From: a bacterium | GTDB taxonomy: Bacteria; UBA8248 | Assembly (NCBI GenBank): GCA_965207065.1 | Contig: OZ242260.1 | Span: 3,648,001-3,712,000 of the forward strand | DNA: 64,000 nt | Direction of reading: 5' to 3' | Translations under genes and position numbers: made by a program | In this document: piece by piece, positions 47,942-58,474 of the stretch | Layout of the letters: every line of letters begins with the position of its first letter | Numbering within the stretch: position 1 is the stretch's first letter | The notes under the pieces: model-generated | Databases searched by the model: none | Seen by the model: only the letters and a program-made list of their open reading frames with translations | What the model was told of the DNA's origin: nothing

Positions 47942-49690
47942 ATGACCACAGACACTGCATCACCTCATATCGACGTTGCCCCACCGAGGGGCTGGCGCAC
48001 ATGGTTCACGCAGGAAAACCTCATTACGACCGTCGTCGGCATCATCGTGGCGGTGGCCGTCTTCCTGCCGCTAATCGCGCTCGTCATCAACAGCTTTCTG
48101 GTGCTCGACGACTTGGGCTTCGACACCGAATGGGGACTCCAGAACTACAGGGAGGTATTCCAGGGCCGCGTCATCAGAAAAGCCCTCGTCAATACCGCAC
48201 TCATCAGCACGGGCTGCACCATCCTGGCCACGCTGTTGGGCGTATCGCTTGCGTGGATCAACGCGAGAACCAACTGCCCGTTCAGAGAACAGCTCGAGCC
48301 CTTCAACCTCATCCCCTTCTTCCTGAGCCCTTTCGTCGGCGCCATCGCCTGGCACAACCTGGCTTCCCCGAAAGTCGGCCTCTTGAACAACATGGCGAAA
48401 AGCATTTTCGGCATTTCCTTCCCGCTGTTCAACGTCAACAATCTGTGGGGCGTCATCTGGGTGACGGGGATTTTCTTCGCCCCCCTCGTCTACCTGTTCG
48501 TGGTGGGTTCGCTCAGGCGCATGGACCCCTCTCTGGAGGACAGCGCCAGAACCACGGGAGCGGGCTTGCTCCGAACCACCATGACAATCACCCTGCCCCT
48601 GGTGACGCCCGCGATTCTCTCGGGCGCCATTATCGTGTTCGTGACGACGGCCGGGGAGTTCGGCGTACCCTTCAAGCTCTCCGCCCCCTTCGGCTGGGAG
48701 ACGCTGACCACGCAGATTTTCACAAAAGCGGTGGGTGATGACGCGAACCACTACCTCGGCGCCGCCATGAGCATGGTGGTGGGCGTGGTGACGGCGTTCT
48801 TCATATGGATTCAGCACAGAATCATCGCGCCTCGGGCCTATACGACGGTGACCGGCAAGGGCTTCCGGCCGAATTTAATCGACCTGGGGAGATGGAAGTG
48901 GCTGGCCTTCGGCTACAACGTGTTCTACGTGTGCGTCGCCGTTATTCTTCCCATCATCTGTCTTTTATTCGTGAGTCTTCACAAAATCTGGTCGGGGAGC
49001 GTCATCTGGTCGGAACTCACCTTTTGGAACTACCAGAAAGTGCTCTTTTTCTGGTGGCCCGAGAGCATCGACGCGGCCACCAACGGCATCATCAACAGCT
49101 TTATACTCGCGTTCGGCGGCGCTTCAATCGCCATGGTGCTGGCCATCATCGTGAGCTATATGATCCACCGCACCAAGGGCTTCGGTTCGAAAATGCTCGA
49201 TTTCCTGAGCGTCATCCCCATCGGGTTCCCCGGCATCGTGCTGGCCATGGGCGTTCTCGTCACCTACATCAAGACGCCCATCTACGCCACGCTGTGGATA
49301 CTGCTGCTCGGCTACATCACGCGCTTCTTCCCGTACGGGCAGCGGAACATCTCCTCCATCATGATGGCCGTATCGGAAGAACTCGACCAGAGTTCGCGCA
49401 TGGCGGGGGCTTCCTGGCTCACCACGCTCAGGAGAATCACGATTCCGCTTCTCAAGCCGGGCATTTTCGCCGGGTGGATTCTCCTGTTCGTCATATTCTT
49501 GAGGGAACTCTCCATCTCCATCATACTGTATTCCGTCGGCACGGAGACGCTCTCCGTCGGCGTGTATTATCTGTCCAATTTCGAAAACGAACCCATGACG
49601 GCGGCCCTTTCCATCGCGCAGACGGTCGCGCTTTTGATTTGCGTCGTCATTTTCCGAAAAGTAGCCGGCAAAGAGGCGCTTACCGCATAA
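47942..49690 (+). CDS. ABC transporter permease, FbpB-like fused double domain
   Basis: Two EAA-like loops (LEDSARTTGA, LDQSSRMAGA) and many transmembrane helices. Confidence 0.9.
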   Translation: MTTDTASPHIDVAPPRGWRTWFTQENLITTVVGIIVAVAVFLPLIALVINSFLVLDDLGFDTEWGLQNYREVFQGRVIRKALVNTALISTGCTILATLLGVSLAWINARTNCPFREQLEPFNLIPFFLSPFVGAIAWHNLASPKVGLLNNMAKSIFGISFPLFNVNNLWGVIWVTGIFFAPLVYLFVVGSLRRMDPSLEDSARTTGAGLLRTTMTITLPLVTPAILSGAIIVFVTTAGEFGVPFKLSAPFGWETLTTQIFTKAVGDDANHYLGAAMSMVVGVVTAFFIWIQHRIIAPRAYTTVTGKGFRPNLIDLGRWKWLAFGYNVFYVCVAVILPIICLLFVSLHKIWSGSVIWSELTFWNYQKVLFFWWPESIDAATNGIINSFILAFGGASIAMVLAIIVSYMIHRTKGFGSKMLDFLSVIPIGFPGIVLAMGVLVTYIKTPIYATLWILLLGYITRFFPYGQRNISSIMMAVSEELDQSSRMAGASWLTTLRRITIPLLKPGIFAGWILLFVIFLRELSISIILYSVGTETLSVGVYYLSNFENEPMTAALSIAQTVALLICVVIFRKVAGKEALTA

Positions 49691-49694
49691 GACT

Positions 49695-50792
49695 ATGACT
49701 GATAACAACTATCTCCAGGTAGACTACCTCGTAAAATACTTCGGCGACGACCGCGCCGTGGACGGCATTTCCTTCGGCATTCCGGAGGGGAAATTCCTCA
49801 CCCTGCTCGGCCCCTCGGGCTGCGGGAAGACCACGACGCTCATGTGCATCGCCGGCCTCCACAAGCCGGACGCGGGCGAGATTCGCATCGGCGCGGACCC
49901 GGTCACCTCGATGGAGAAGCGCATCAACATTGCTCCCGAGAAACGCAACATCGGCATGGTTTTCCAAAGCTACGCCATCTGGCCGCACATGGACGTGACG
50001 CAGAACGTGGCCTATCCGCTCGAGATTCGTAACATGGCGCAATCCGAAATCGACGACCGCGTCGCCCATGCGCTCAAAATCGTCGGCCTCACCGACATGG
50101 CGGACAAAAACGCCACGCAACTCTCGGGCGGCCAGCAGCAAAGGGCAGCCCTCGCGCGCGCCATGGTCTTCCGGCCGCGCCTTCTGCTCTTCGACGAGCC
50201 GCTGAGCAACCTGGACCTGAAGCTCAGGGAACAGATGCGCGTCGAACTCAAGCGGATTCAGCACGAAATCGGCATCACCTCGATCTACGTGACGCACGAC
50301 CAGGCGGAAGCCCTCGTGATGAGTGACGAGATTATCGTGATGAGCAAGGGAAACATCGAACAATCGGGCGGCCCCCACGCCATCTACGCGCGGCCCGTGA
50401 ACAAATTCGTGAGCGATTTCATCGGCGTGGCGAATCTGACCGAGGGCAGAATCGTCGGAAACGGCGGTGCGGGAACGGGAACCATCGAGATAGCCCAGGG
50501 CGGTGAGGACGTACAACTTCCCTGCCTGCTCGCCGACGGACTCACGGAGGGCGACGACGCCTATCTCTCCGTTCGCCCCGAGAACGTGAACGCCTCGCGT
50601 AAGCCTGTGGACGGCCCCAGAATCGAAGGCGAGGTCATTCAATCGGTCTTTCTGGGCAACTGCCTCGATTGCCGGGTGAAGTGGGGAGAGTTCGAGTGGA
50701 AGGTGCTGGCGCATTCGAGAGAACGCCTGCGCGTGGGCGAAAAGGTGTACGTGAGCCTCGACCCCGATCATACGCTGGCCGTCAAGCCCTAG
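49695..50792 (+). CDS. ABC transporter ATP-binding protein 1 (PotA/FbpC-like)
   Basis: GPSGCGKT, LSGGQQQR, DEPLSNLD, TOBE C-terminus. Confidence 0.93.
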   Translation: MTDNNYLQVDYLVKYFGDDRAVDGISFGIPEGKFLTLLGPSGCGKTTTLMCIAGLHKPDAGEIRIGADPVTSMEKRINIAPEKRNIGMVFQSYAIWPHMDVTQNVAYPLEIRNMAQSEIDDRVAHALKIVGLTDMADKNATQLSGGQQQRAALARAMVFRPRLLLFDEPLSNLDLKLREQMRVELKRIQHEIGITSIYVTHDQAEALVMSDEIIVMSKGNIEQSGGPHAIYARPVNKFVSDFIGVANLTEGRIVGNGGAGTGTIEIAQGGEDVQLPCLLADGLTEGDDAYLSVRPENVNASRKPVDGPRIEGEVIQSVFLGNCLDCRVKWGEFEWKVLAHSRERLRVGEKVYVSLDPDHTLAVKP

Positions 50793-50804
50793 AGGATAAA
50801 GAGA

Positions 50805-51902
50805 GTGTCATTCGTCGAAATCACGAAACTGGTTAAATCATTCGGGCCCGAAGTGGCCGTGGCGGGCATTGATTTGTCCGTCGAGCAAGGGGAGTTCGTC
50901 ACCCTGCTGGGGCCATCGGGCTGCGGAAAAACCACTACTTTGAGGTGCATCGCCGGCCTCGAGCATCCCGACAGCGGGGATATTCAAATCGAGGGAGACT
51001 ACGTCACCTCCGCTACAAACGACGTTTTCCTGACGCCCGAAGAAAGAAACCTGGGCATGGTGTTCCAGAGCTACGCCGTCTGGCCGCACATGACGGTCTT
51101 CGACAACGTGGCATACGGCCTGAGGATACGGCGCGAAACCAGGGCTGCCATCAAGGAGAAAACGACGAAGGCGCTCAATCTCGTGGGCCTGGGCCATCTG
51201 GCCGAACGCTACGCCACCAAGCTCTCCGGCGGCCAGCGCCAGCGCGTCGCCCTCGCCCGCGCCATCGTCTACAACCCAAAAGTCGTGCTTTTCGATGAAC
51301 CCCTGAGCAACCTCGACGCCAAACTGCGCGAGCAGATGCGCATCGAACTCACGCGCTTGCAGCACGACGTGGGCATCACCTCGATTTACGTCACGCACGA
51401 CCAGACCGAGGCGCTCGTCATGAGCGACAGGGTCGTGGTGATGGACAAGGGCGTGATCCAGCAAATCGGCGACCCCGAATCCATCTATGCAGAGCCCACG
51501 AACGCGTTCGTGGCGAATTTCATCGGCGTGGCCAACTTGATGGAGGGCAAGCTGCTCGGCCACGACGGGGAGCTGACGGATATCGAAATTCCCCTTGGTG
51601 ACGGAAACGCACCCGTCCGCCTCAGGGCCACCGGCGCGGAAGGCGCGCCCGTAGGCGCAAGAATCATCCTGAGCATCCGTCCCGAGGATATCCTTCTGCA
51701 CCTCGAAAAACCGGCCGACGCATCGAACCTCATCGAAGGCGAGGTGATCGACACCGTATACCTGGGCAACTTCCTCGACTGCCAGGTCCAGGTCGGCCCG
51801 CATGAGGTCGGCGTGCAAATCGACCACTTCGAGGAACTCGACCTCGGCCAGAAAGTGTATCTCTCTTTCACACCCGACCACGGCCTGTGTCTCACTGAAT
51901 AA
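50805..51902 (+). CDS. ABC transporter ATP-binding protein 2 (paralogue)
   Basis: GPSGCGKT, LSGGQRQR, DEPLSNLD. Confidence 0.93.
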   Translation: MSFVEITKLVKSFGPEVAVAGIDLSVEQGEFVTLLGPSGCGKTTTLRCIAGLEHPDSGDIQIEGDYVTSATNDVFLTPEERNLGMVFQSYAVWPHMTVFDNVAYGLRIRRETRAAIKEKTTKALNLVGLGHLAERYATKLSGGQRQRVALARAIVYNPKVVLFDEPLSNLDAKLREQMRIELTRLQHDVGITSIYVTHDQTEALVMSDRVVVMDKGVIQQIGDPESIYAEPTNAFVANFIGVANLMEGKLLGHDGELTDIEIPLGDGNAPVRLRATGAEGAPVGARIILSIRPEDILLHLEKPADASNLIEGEVIDTVYLGNFLDCQVQVGPHEVGVQIDHFEELDLGQKVYLSFTPDHGLCLTE

Positions 51903-51906
51903 TCCC

Positions 51907-52953
51907 ATGCCCCCACGCACGAAGGATGGCCCCAAACTTCTGGCGGGAGGGGACATCGCCATCAACCGCTCGGAGGCGAAAGGCGCTTTCGGCAAGCTGA
52001 TTCCCCTCCTCCGGGAAGCGGACGTCTCTTTCGCCAATCTGGAACTGCCGCTGTCGCACAACGGAAAACCCGCGCCCGAGAAAATTCTGCTGCGCGGCGC
52101 GCCGGATATGGCCCACGCCCTCACCGAAGCGGGCTTCGACGTCATGGCCTTTGCGAATAACCATGTGCTCGACTATGGGGAGGGCGCCTTTGCGGAAACC
52201 ATGTCGCTCATGGACTCTCTGGGCGTTGCGCTCGTGGGCGGCGGCATGAACCTCGCACAGGCGAGGAAGCCCGTTCTCATCGAGCGCGGAAGCCTCAAGG
52301 TCGGCTTTCTGGCGTATTGCTCCGTCATCCCGAGAGGGTTCGAGGCGACTGCATCTGATCCGGGCGTGAACCCCATACGCGCCCACACGGCCTATCGCCC
52401 CTGGCGTGACCTCTCCGAATACCCCGGTACCCCGCCGCGAATCGACACATGGGCGGAACCCGCCCATCTCGCGCGCATGAAGCGCGACATCAGAAATTTG
52501 AAGAAACAAGCGGACCTGGTCGTGGTGAACCACCACTGGGGCACGAGCATGACGCACGAGGTGATGGATTTTGAGCGGGAAATCGCCCACGCCAGCATCG
52601 ACGCGGGCGCGGACCTCGTTTTAGGCGGGCATCCGCACGTTCTCCAGGCGATTGAATTTTACAAGGGCGCGCCCATCGTCTACAGCATGGGGAACCTGAT
52701 CTTCGATTTTGAAATTCCATTCTTCACAGACGAAACGCACGACACCTTCCTGTTCGGCTGCACCCTGACCAAGCAGGGAGTGGGAGAACTCTATCTGATG
52801 CCCGTGACGGCCGGCGTATTTTCCAAACCCAGGCTCCATTCTCCCAGCCGGGGAGATGGCCGCCGAATCGTCGACGTGATGAACGCGCTCAACGAGCCAT
52901 TCGGGACCAGGCTGAAAGTTCAGGATGATCGTGTATTGATATCCGCCCCCTGA
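51907..52953 (+). CDS. CapA family metallophosphoesterase-like protein
   Basis: AGGD, ANLE, ANNHVLDYG, HWG, GADLVLGGHPHVLQ, YSMGN. Start taken at ATG 51907. Confidence 0.88.
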   Translation: MPPRTKDGPKLLAGGDIAINRSEAKGAFGKLIPLLREADVSFANLELPLSHNGKPAPEKILLRGAPDMAHALTEAGFDVMAFANNHVLDYGEGAFAETMSLMDSLGVALVGGGMNLAQARKPVLIERGSLKVGFLAYCSVIPRGFEATASDPGVNPIRAHTAYRPWRDLSEYPGTPPRIDTWAEPAHLARMKRDIRNLKKQADLVVVNHHWGTSMTHEVMDFEREIAHASIDAGADLVLGGHPHVLQAIEFYKGAPIVYSMGNLIFDFEIPFFTDETHDTFLFGCTLTKQGVGELYLMPVTAGVFSKPRLHSPSRGDGRRIVDVMNALNEPFGTRLKVQDDRVLISAP

Positions 52954-53016
52954 AAACTCACACCCGCGTAGGCTTCAATTACCCTCACCCGACGTATTTT
53001 CCCTTTCCGGAATCCT

Positions 53017-53376
53017 CTAACTCAGCACCCCTTCAGCATCGCGGACCGGCCCCTTGATGATGATGGCCTGCATCTTCTCGCCCACAGCCGCCGTCTTGTG
53101 CTCCATGCCTGCCGGAATGAACGCCACAGCCCCCGGGTAGAGGTCGATTTTCTCGCCGTGCGTTTCCGTATAGCCCCGCCCGCTCAGCACCCAGATGACT
53201 TCCTCCTGTCCGGGATGCGCGTGCGGCTCATGCGGGGTCGCAGGGTCGTACTCGGTGAGTCCCACGCGCACGTGCTCGGAGCCGTTCGCTGTCGGACTCA
53301 CCAGGATTTTTGTCTGCCCCCACTCCACGGGCTTGAAAGCAGTTTTTGCAACGTCCACCACTGATTTTTCCGGCAT
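53017..53376 (-). CDS. Cupin domain protein
   Basis: PHAHPGQEEVIWVLSG...FIPAGMEH. Confidence 0.88.
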   Translation of the reverse strand: MPEKSVVDVAKTAFKPVEWGQTKILVSPTANGSEHVRVGLTEYDPATPHEPHAHPGQEEVIWVLSGRGYTETHGEKIDLYPGAVAFIPAGMEHKTAAVGEKMQAIIIKGPVRDAEGVLS

Positions 53377-53421
53377 TTTTCATCTCCTGTATATTACTTT
53401 AATAACTCCCTGTAACTTGTT

Positions 53422-54477
53422 CTATTTCAATCGGTTTCTTACGGCATCTCCGCATTCTTTCGTAGTCAACTTCCCCCCGAGATCCGCCGTACGTTCCCCG
53501 TGCGCGATGGCCCCTTCCACGGCGCGCCGGATGGCCGCTCCGCCCTCTCCGCAGCCGAGATGGTCCAGCAGCAGAGCGCCCGTCAAAATGGCCGCCATCG
53601 GGTTGGCGATGCCGCGTCCATAGATATCAGGAGCCGTGCCGTGCACCGGTTCGAACATCGAAACCCCCTCGAGATTCACGTTCGCAGAAGGCGCAAGACC
53701 CAGCCCGCCCACGAGGCCCGAAGTGACGTCGCTCAGGATGTCGCCAAACATGTTGTTGGTAACGATGACGTCGAATTCACTCGGATGCTGGATTACCTCC
53801 ATCGCCACCGCGTCGATGTGCTTGGCTTCGGACTCGATATCTTCAAAATCCGCCCTCACCTCATCGAACACGCGCCGCCAGATCCCGCCTGCGTAGCGAA
53901 GCCCGCTCGCCTTGTCCGCCATAGTGACTTTTCTGCGCTTATGACGCCTCGCGAAATCGAACGACGCCCTTATGACGCGCTCCACCCCCTTGTATGTGTG
54001 CACTTCTTCCTGCAGGGCGACCTCGTCTTTCGTACCCTGCTTGAAAAATCCGCCCACGTTCACGAACAGGCCCTCGGTGTTCTCGCGCACTACCACGTGG
54101 TCGACCTCCCCTGCCCCTTTATTCTTGAGCGGCGTCAAATCCTCGTGATAAAGCCTGCAGGGACGGATGTTGGCGTATAAGTCCAGCCCGAAGCGGACCC
54201 CCAGAATCACCTCTTCCTGCACGATCGAGCCGGGAACCCGCGGATCACCGATGGCGCCTTGAAACACGGCGTCGAAGCCCGCTCGAAGCGTATCGCACCC
54301 GTCTTCGGGCATGCCCCTGCCCTGCTCCAGATACCGATCGCTTCCCCAGTCGAAGTATTCGAAATCTACCGGAAACGTGGCCGCCTCCGCCGCCGCCTTG
54401 AGCGTCTCCTCCGCTTCGGGCATCACTTCGTTCGCAATACCGTCTCCACGCACCACCGCTATGCGAGCCACTTTCAT
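53422..54477 (-). CDS. Isocitrate/isopropylmalate/tartrate dehydrogenase family protein
   Basis: GDGI..EV, VRENTEG, NMFGDILSD, FEPVHGTAPDI, ANP. Start taken at MKVARI. Confidence 0.9.
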   Translation of the reverse strand: MKVARIAVVRGDGIANEVMPEAEETLKAAAEAATFPVDFEYFDWGSDRYLEQGRGMPEDGCDTLRAGFDAVFQGAIGDPRVPGSIVQEEVILGVRFGLDLYANIRPCRLYHEDLTPLKNKGAGEVDHVVVRENTEGLFVNVGGFFKQGTKDEVALQEEVHTYKGVERVIRASFDFARRHKRRKVTMADKASGLRYAGGIWRRVFDEVRADFEDIESEAKHIDAVAMEVIQHPSEFDVIVTNNMFGDILSDVTSGLVGGLGLAPSANVNLEGVSMFEPVHGTAPDIYGRGIANPMAAILTGALLLDHLGCGEGGAAIRRAVEGAIAHGERTADLGGKLTTKECGDAVRNRLK

Positions 54478-54652
54478 CTCTCCCCTGTTCCAAAGCGTAA
54501 ATCCCGGAAAGAAGCGCATTCTGACAAAAGGCGAGCACCACCCGCAAGGTGCTGCGCACTCCTGTGAGACTTCCCGAAAAACGCAAAGAAAGGCTAAGAT
54601 GGCACGGCATTTACAGCATCAACAATAGTCAACATTTTTCGAGGAGGTTTTC

Positions 54653-55750
54653 ATGGTCGAGTCCGGTCCCCTGCCCGAAGGCACGGTAAGGTTTCCCCCC
54701 GAAGTCGTCGAAGAGTTCGTCTACACCATATTCCGCAGCAAGGACGTGCCCGAAGATGACGCCCACCTGGTGGCGAAAGTATTGGTCAGCGCCGATTTGA
54801 GAGGCATACGCAGCCACGGGGCGGCGCGGCTGACGTTCTTCATGGTTCGCCTCGAAAACGGCGTACTCAACAGCAGACCCGACATGAAGTTCTTCAAGGG
54901 AAGCGACACCACCGGCCTTCTCGACGCGGACGACGCCATCGGCATCGTCGCCTCGAACCGTGCGATGGACGAAGCCCTCGCCATGGCGGAAAAGCATGGT
55001 TCCGGCTTCGTGACCGTCCGCAACAGCAGCCACTTCGGCTATGCAGGCTATTGGGCCAAGAAGGCGATGGAAGCGGGCTATATCGGCATCAGCATGACGA
55101 ACGGCGGACGCCGCACCGCCCCCACTTTTGGGGGGGAAGCGCTCTTCGGCACCAACCCGATGAGCGTGGCGATACCCGGCGGACCGGGAGGAACCGATTT
55201 TCACCTCGACATGGCCACCGCCGTGACAGCCGTCGGTAAAATCGAGACGGCCCTGCGCGAAGGCCGGGAAATTCCCAAAGGCTGGGTGCTCTCCTCGATG
55301 GGAACGCCTACCTTGAACGAGAAGAGCATCCTGAACTACGAGGTGCCGCTCGCTCCCCTGGGCGGCGAAGGAGACGAGAACGGGGGCCACAAGGGCTATG
55401 GCCTACAACTCATGATCGAACTTCTGTGCGGCGTGCTCTCGGGCGCGGGCCTTGAGAGCCGCATGGCGGGCGCATCAGGTACGGCGAAATCCGCCACGGG
55501 TCATTTCATGGGCGCAATCAAGATGTCGGGCTTCAGGGACTTATCCGCCATGTTCGGGGACATGGGGAAACTCTTCGACGTCATCCGGGGCGCAAAGAAG
55601 GCACCGGGCCACGACCGTATCTACATCCACGGTGAGCCCGAGGCGATCGCCGAGGAGGAGAACAGGCGCATCGGCGTACCCATCACACCTGCCGTCCTGG
55701 AGCAGATACAAAGGCTGAACGAAGAGCTTGAACTCGGTTTCGAGCTTTGA
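54653..55750 (+). CDS. Ldh_2 family oxidoreductase (malate/L-lactate/ureidoglycolate/sulfolactate dehydrogenase type 2)
   Basis: ADLRGIRSHG, NSSHFG, GTNP, LDMAT, GHKGYGL. Confidence 0.9.
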   Translation: MVESGPLPEGTVRFPPEVVEEFVYTIFRSKDVPEDDAHLVAKVLVSADLRGIRSHGAARLTFFMVRLENGVLNSRPDMKFFKGSDTTGLLDADDAIGIVASNRAMDEALAMAEKHGSGFVTVRNSSHFGYAGYWAKKAMEAGYIGISMTNGGRRTAPTFGGEALFGTNPMSVAIPGGPGGTDFHLDMATAVTAVGKIETALREGREIPKGWVLSSMGTPTLNEKSILNYEVPLAPLGGEGDENGGHKGYGLQLMIELLCGVLSGAGLESRMAGASGTAKSATGHFMGAIKMSGFRDLSAMFGDMGKLFDVIRGAKKAPGHDRIYIHGEPEAIAEEENRRIGVPITPAVLEQIQRLNEELELGFEL

Positions 55751-55776
55751 AGTTTCAGGTGCTTCAGAGGTGGTTT

Positions 55777-56382
55777 TCAGGAACGAACCGCTTGTCTTAG
55801 ATATTCGACAATCGCGGGAGCGTCCCATTTGCGGGCGCCGATAACTTTCTGCAAGAGACGGCCCTGGCGGTCCACGATGAACGTCTCCGGCACGCCTGTC
55901 GTGCGGTAGAGTTTCTTGATGCTCCCGCGCGGGTCGAGCAGAATCGGGAACGTGAGGCCGAAGCGATCGACGAATTTCCGGACAGCGTCCGCTCCCAGGG
56001 CGTCGATGCTTACCGCCAGGATCTCGAACGGCGCGCCGTCTTTTTTCATCCGGGCGTAGAGGCGCTGCAAATCCGGCATCTCATCCAGACACGGAACGCA
56101 CCACGTTGCCCACACGTTGATGAGCACCACCTTGTTCTTCAGACTCGCCAGGGAGGAAGTCCCCCCGCCCAGAAGCGGATACTCGAAAAGCGGAACCTGG
56201 CCGCCGGTTTCGAGTTTGGGGGCGGGCGTCTCTTCGACTCGTTCCGTCGTCAGACGCTCACCGACCGCCCAGAGCAGCGTCAGCAGAAGTGGAGCCAGGA
56301 TGAACGCCAGGGCCAGCCGTTTCGCTTTTCGCTGGTCAGGTCTCGAGCTTTTAGACGCTTCCATGCCTTCAGCTTTTCTCAT
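55777..56382 (-). CDS. TlpA/ResA-like thiol-disulfide reductase
   Basis: Membrane anchor, NVWATWCVPC..EMP, GVPETF. Confidence 0.9.
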   Translation of the reverse strand: MRKAEGMEASKSSRPDQRKAKRLALAFILAPLLLTLLWAVGERLTTERVEETPAPKLETGGQVPLFEYPLLGGGTSSLASLKNKVVLINVWATWCVPCLDEMPDLQRLYARMKKDGAPFEILAVSIDALGADAVRKFVDRFGLTFPILLDPRGSIKKLYRTTGVPETFIVDRQGRLLQKVIGARKWDAPAIVEYLRQAVRS

Positions 56383-57052
56383 CGAGCAGATGTCCTACGA
56401 GAGCAAAAGCAGCCTCACTGTCCCATTCGCGGGGGCCTACGCCATAGCCCACAACTTGGCCTTTTCTGTCCAGGAGATACGATGTCGGCAGTCCCCGCAC
56501 CTTGTAAAGCGCCTTCGCCCTGTGCTCGGGGTCGAGGACGATGGGAAAAGTCAGTTTCAATTTCGCTACGAAATCACGCACTTCCTGCTCATTGCCCTGG
56601 TCCAGCGATATCGCAACTATCTCGAGGCCTTGCGGCTTAAACTTCGCATATAGCCGCTCCATTGAAGGCATTTCACGGATGCACGGCTGACACCAAGTCG
56701 CCCAGAAATTCACCAGTACGAGTTTCCCCGCGTGCTGTGTGAGGGAATGATTCTGCCCATCCAGAGCTTTGAGCAACACATCCGGGGCATCGGCGCGCTT
56801 GGCCTGCTTCAGAAAAATCATGTCGCGGTACAGGGCGGCGTCATCCCCCGCGAACAGCTTGCCCTCTGGCTGCGCTTGCTTTACCTCAATCTCCCGGGTC
56901 GGCGTCGCATCTTGATTCCCGAAATGCACCATCATCCAGACCACCAGGACGAGGCTGATAACCATCCCAATCAGCCGCCACTTGATGCTCCTGCGTTTTG
57001 GAGAAATCCCATCGAGGTTTCTGGCAAGTTCGGACTTGGGATTATAGTTCAT
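56369..57052 (-). CDS. TlpA/ResA-like thiol-disulfide reductase
   Basis: Membrane anchor, NFWATWCQPC.REMP, GLPTSY. Start taken at MNYNP. Confidence 0.9.
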   Translation of the reverse strand: MNYNPKSELARNLDGISPKRRSIKWRLIGMVISLVLVVWMMVHFGNQDATPTREIEVKQAQPEGKLFAGDDAALYRDMIFLKQAKRADAPDVLLKALDGQNHSLTQHAGKLVLVNFWATWCQPCIREMPSMERLYAKFKPQGLEIVAISLDQGNEQEVRDFVAKLKLTFPIVLDPEHRAKALYKVRGLPTSYLLDRKGQVVGYGVGPREWDSEAAFALVGHLLDEKS

Positions 57053-57083
57053 CAAAAACTCCCGGCTTGCGGAGTATGGCGGC

Positions 57084-57572
57084 TCAACCCTCGAAATCAC
57101 CAAGCTCGCGCTGCAGACGATTTTCAAGAGAGTCATCCGAGGCGGCGACACGCGGGACTTCTCTGCTGACTTGGTTTTGCTCTGCCTCTTCCGGGCGTCT
57201 TGCCCATGACCTCACAAGGACGAAGACAACGCCGAAGCCCGCCAGCAACCCTCCGAATGGAAGAAGCCAGGCGGTGAGATAAAAACCCTCCGCCGGTGGT
57301 TTGGGCAAAACGTCTCTACCGTATACTTCAACGAAATACTGGACGATCTGCTCTTTCGACTCCCCGGCGAATATCTTGCGGCGCACGAGTTCACGGAGTT
57401 GGGCGCCCTCACTGCTTGGGCAGTCATGCAACAGTTTTCCGGGGCAGACCGGACTCATGAGGGCGCTTGCCACCTCGGAGAATGTGGTCTTGGCTCCCGG
57501 CGAGGCGGCCTGCACCGCCTGATGCGGATAAATGACGATTACAAGACACAAGGCGAGCAAAATACGCATCAT
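57084..57572 (-). CDS. ccmH: Cytochrome c biogenesis protein CcmH (variant motif)
   Basis: LMSPVCPG..L.DCPS, G.SKEQI..YFV..YG..VL..PP..GF...AWLLP. Confidence 0.82.
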   Translation of the reverse strand: MMRILLALCLVIVIYPHQAVQAASPGAKTTFSEVASALMSPVCPGKLLHDCPSSEGAQLRELVRRKIFAGESKEQIVQYFVEVYGRDVLPKPPAEGFYLTAWLLPFGGLLAGFGVVFVLVRSWARRPEEAEQNQVSREVPRVAASDDSLENRLQRELGDFEG

Positions 57573-57703
57573 GGGGAATCTTCCCTTGGGTTAAGTTTTT
57601 TCTCCTCCTCCACCAAAATATCCATCCGCGCCTTGAGAGTCCACCAATAAAGCGCGAACCCGCCCAAAACGACGATGTACGCCGCCGCCACGTAGCCCAT
57701 CAT
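57569..57703 (-). CDS. ccmD: Heme exporter protein CcmD
   Basis: 44 aa MMGYVAAAYIVVLGGFALYWWTL...; coupled to the ccmC stop (ATGA). Confidence 0.75.
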   Translation of the reverse strand: MMGYVAAAYIVVLGGFALYWWTLKARMDILVEEEKKLNPREDSP

Positions 57704-58398
57704 GCTCCCTCCCGCGCGGCGCGGGCTTCTTCCACCCGCGCGTTCAGACACTCGATCTGCGCGCGCTTTCGGACAAAACAGACGAACAGGAGCATAAAGG
57801 CCAGCAAGGTGCTCCACAAGGCGACGTGCATGGAATCGGGCAAGTCCCTTAGTCCGCCAGAGCGCATTACCACGGGCTTGGGATGCAGCGTACGCCACCA
57901 TTCCACCGACATGTGCACGATGGGCACGTTCAGGAAACCGACAATCCCCATCACGGCGGCGAAACGCGCCCTTTGTTCGGGTTCCGTCATATAGGCGCGC
58001 AGCATCAGATATCCCACGTATATCATCCACAGGATGAGCGTGGTGGTGAGTCTAGCGTCCCACGTCCACCACACGCCCCATACCGGCCGCGCCCAGATTG
58101 GGCCGGTGATGAGCACCAGCGTGCAGAAGACGACCCCCGACTCCGCGCAGGCGTGCGCGCGGATGTCGTCGTCCGGATTCCTTCTCGCCAGATATTTAAT
58201 TGAAAAAATGAAGACCAGGAAAAAAGCGAAATATGCCACCCAGGCCGATGGGACGTGTATGTAGAAAATCCGTTGTGGCACTCCCTGGAGCCTGTCGGTG
58301 CCGGCGATAAAAAAATCCGCGAAAATAGCGAAAGCAAGAATGACCAGTGTGAGAACCGGCAACCACTGAAAGACGCCCCGCTCGTCTCGATACATCAT
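57700..58398 (-). CDS. ccmC: Heme exporter protein CcmC
   Basis: RIFYIHVP, WARPVWGVWWTWDARLT (WWD domain), WRTLHP. Confidence 0.95.
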   Translation of the reverse strand: MMYRDERGVFQWLPVLTLVILAFAIFADFFIAGTDRLQGVPQRIFYIHVPSAWVAYFAFFLVFIFSIKYLARRNPDDDIRAHACAESGVVFCTLVLITGPIWARPVWGVWWTWDARLTTTLILWMIYVGYLMLRAYMTEPEQRARFAAVMGIVGFLNVPIVHMSVEWWRTLHPKPVVMRSGGLRDLPDSMHVALWSTLLAFMLLFVCFVRKRAQIECLNARVEEARAAREGA

Positions 58399-58474
58399 GC
58401 GCTCCTCCCTGAGGTGCAGAGCGGCGGCAGGGAATAAAGTAACATAATAAATACAGAGGCATAACTCATTGATA

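Noticed and set aside
55777-57052. Selenocysteine in the TlpA-like proteins
   Set aside because: Both have ordinary CxxC with Cys codons.
58431-58470. dif-like sequence (minus strand TTATGTTACTT)
   Set aside because: Only a XerD-like half; the XerC arm lacks the expected ATAA, and it lies within the ccm operon.
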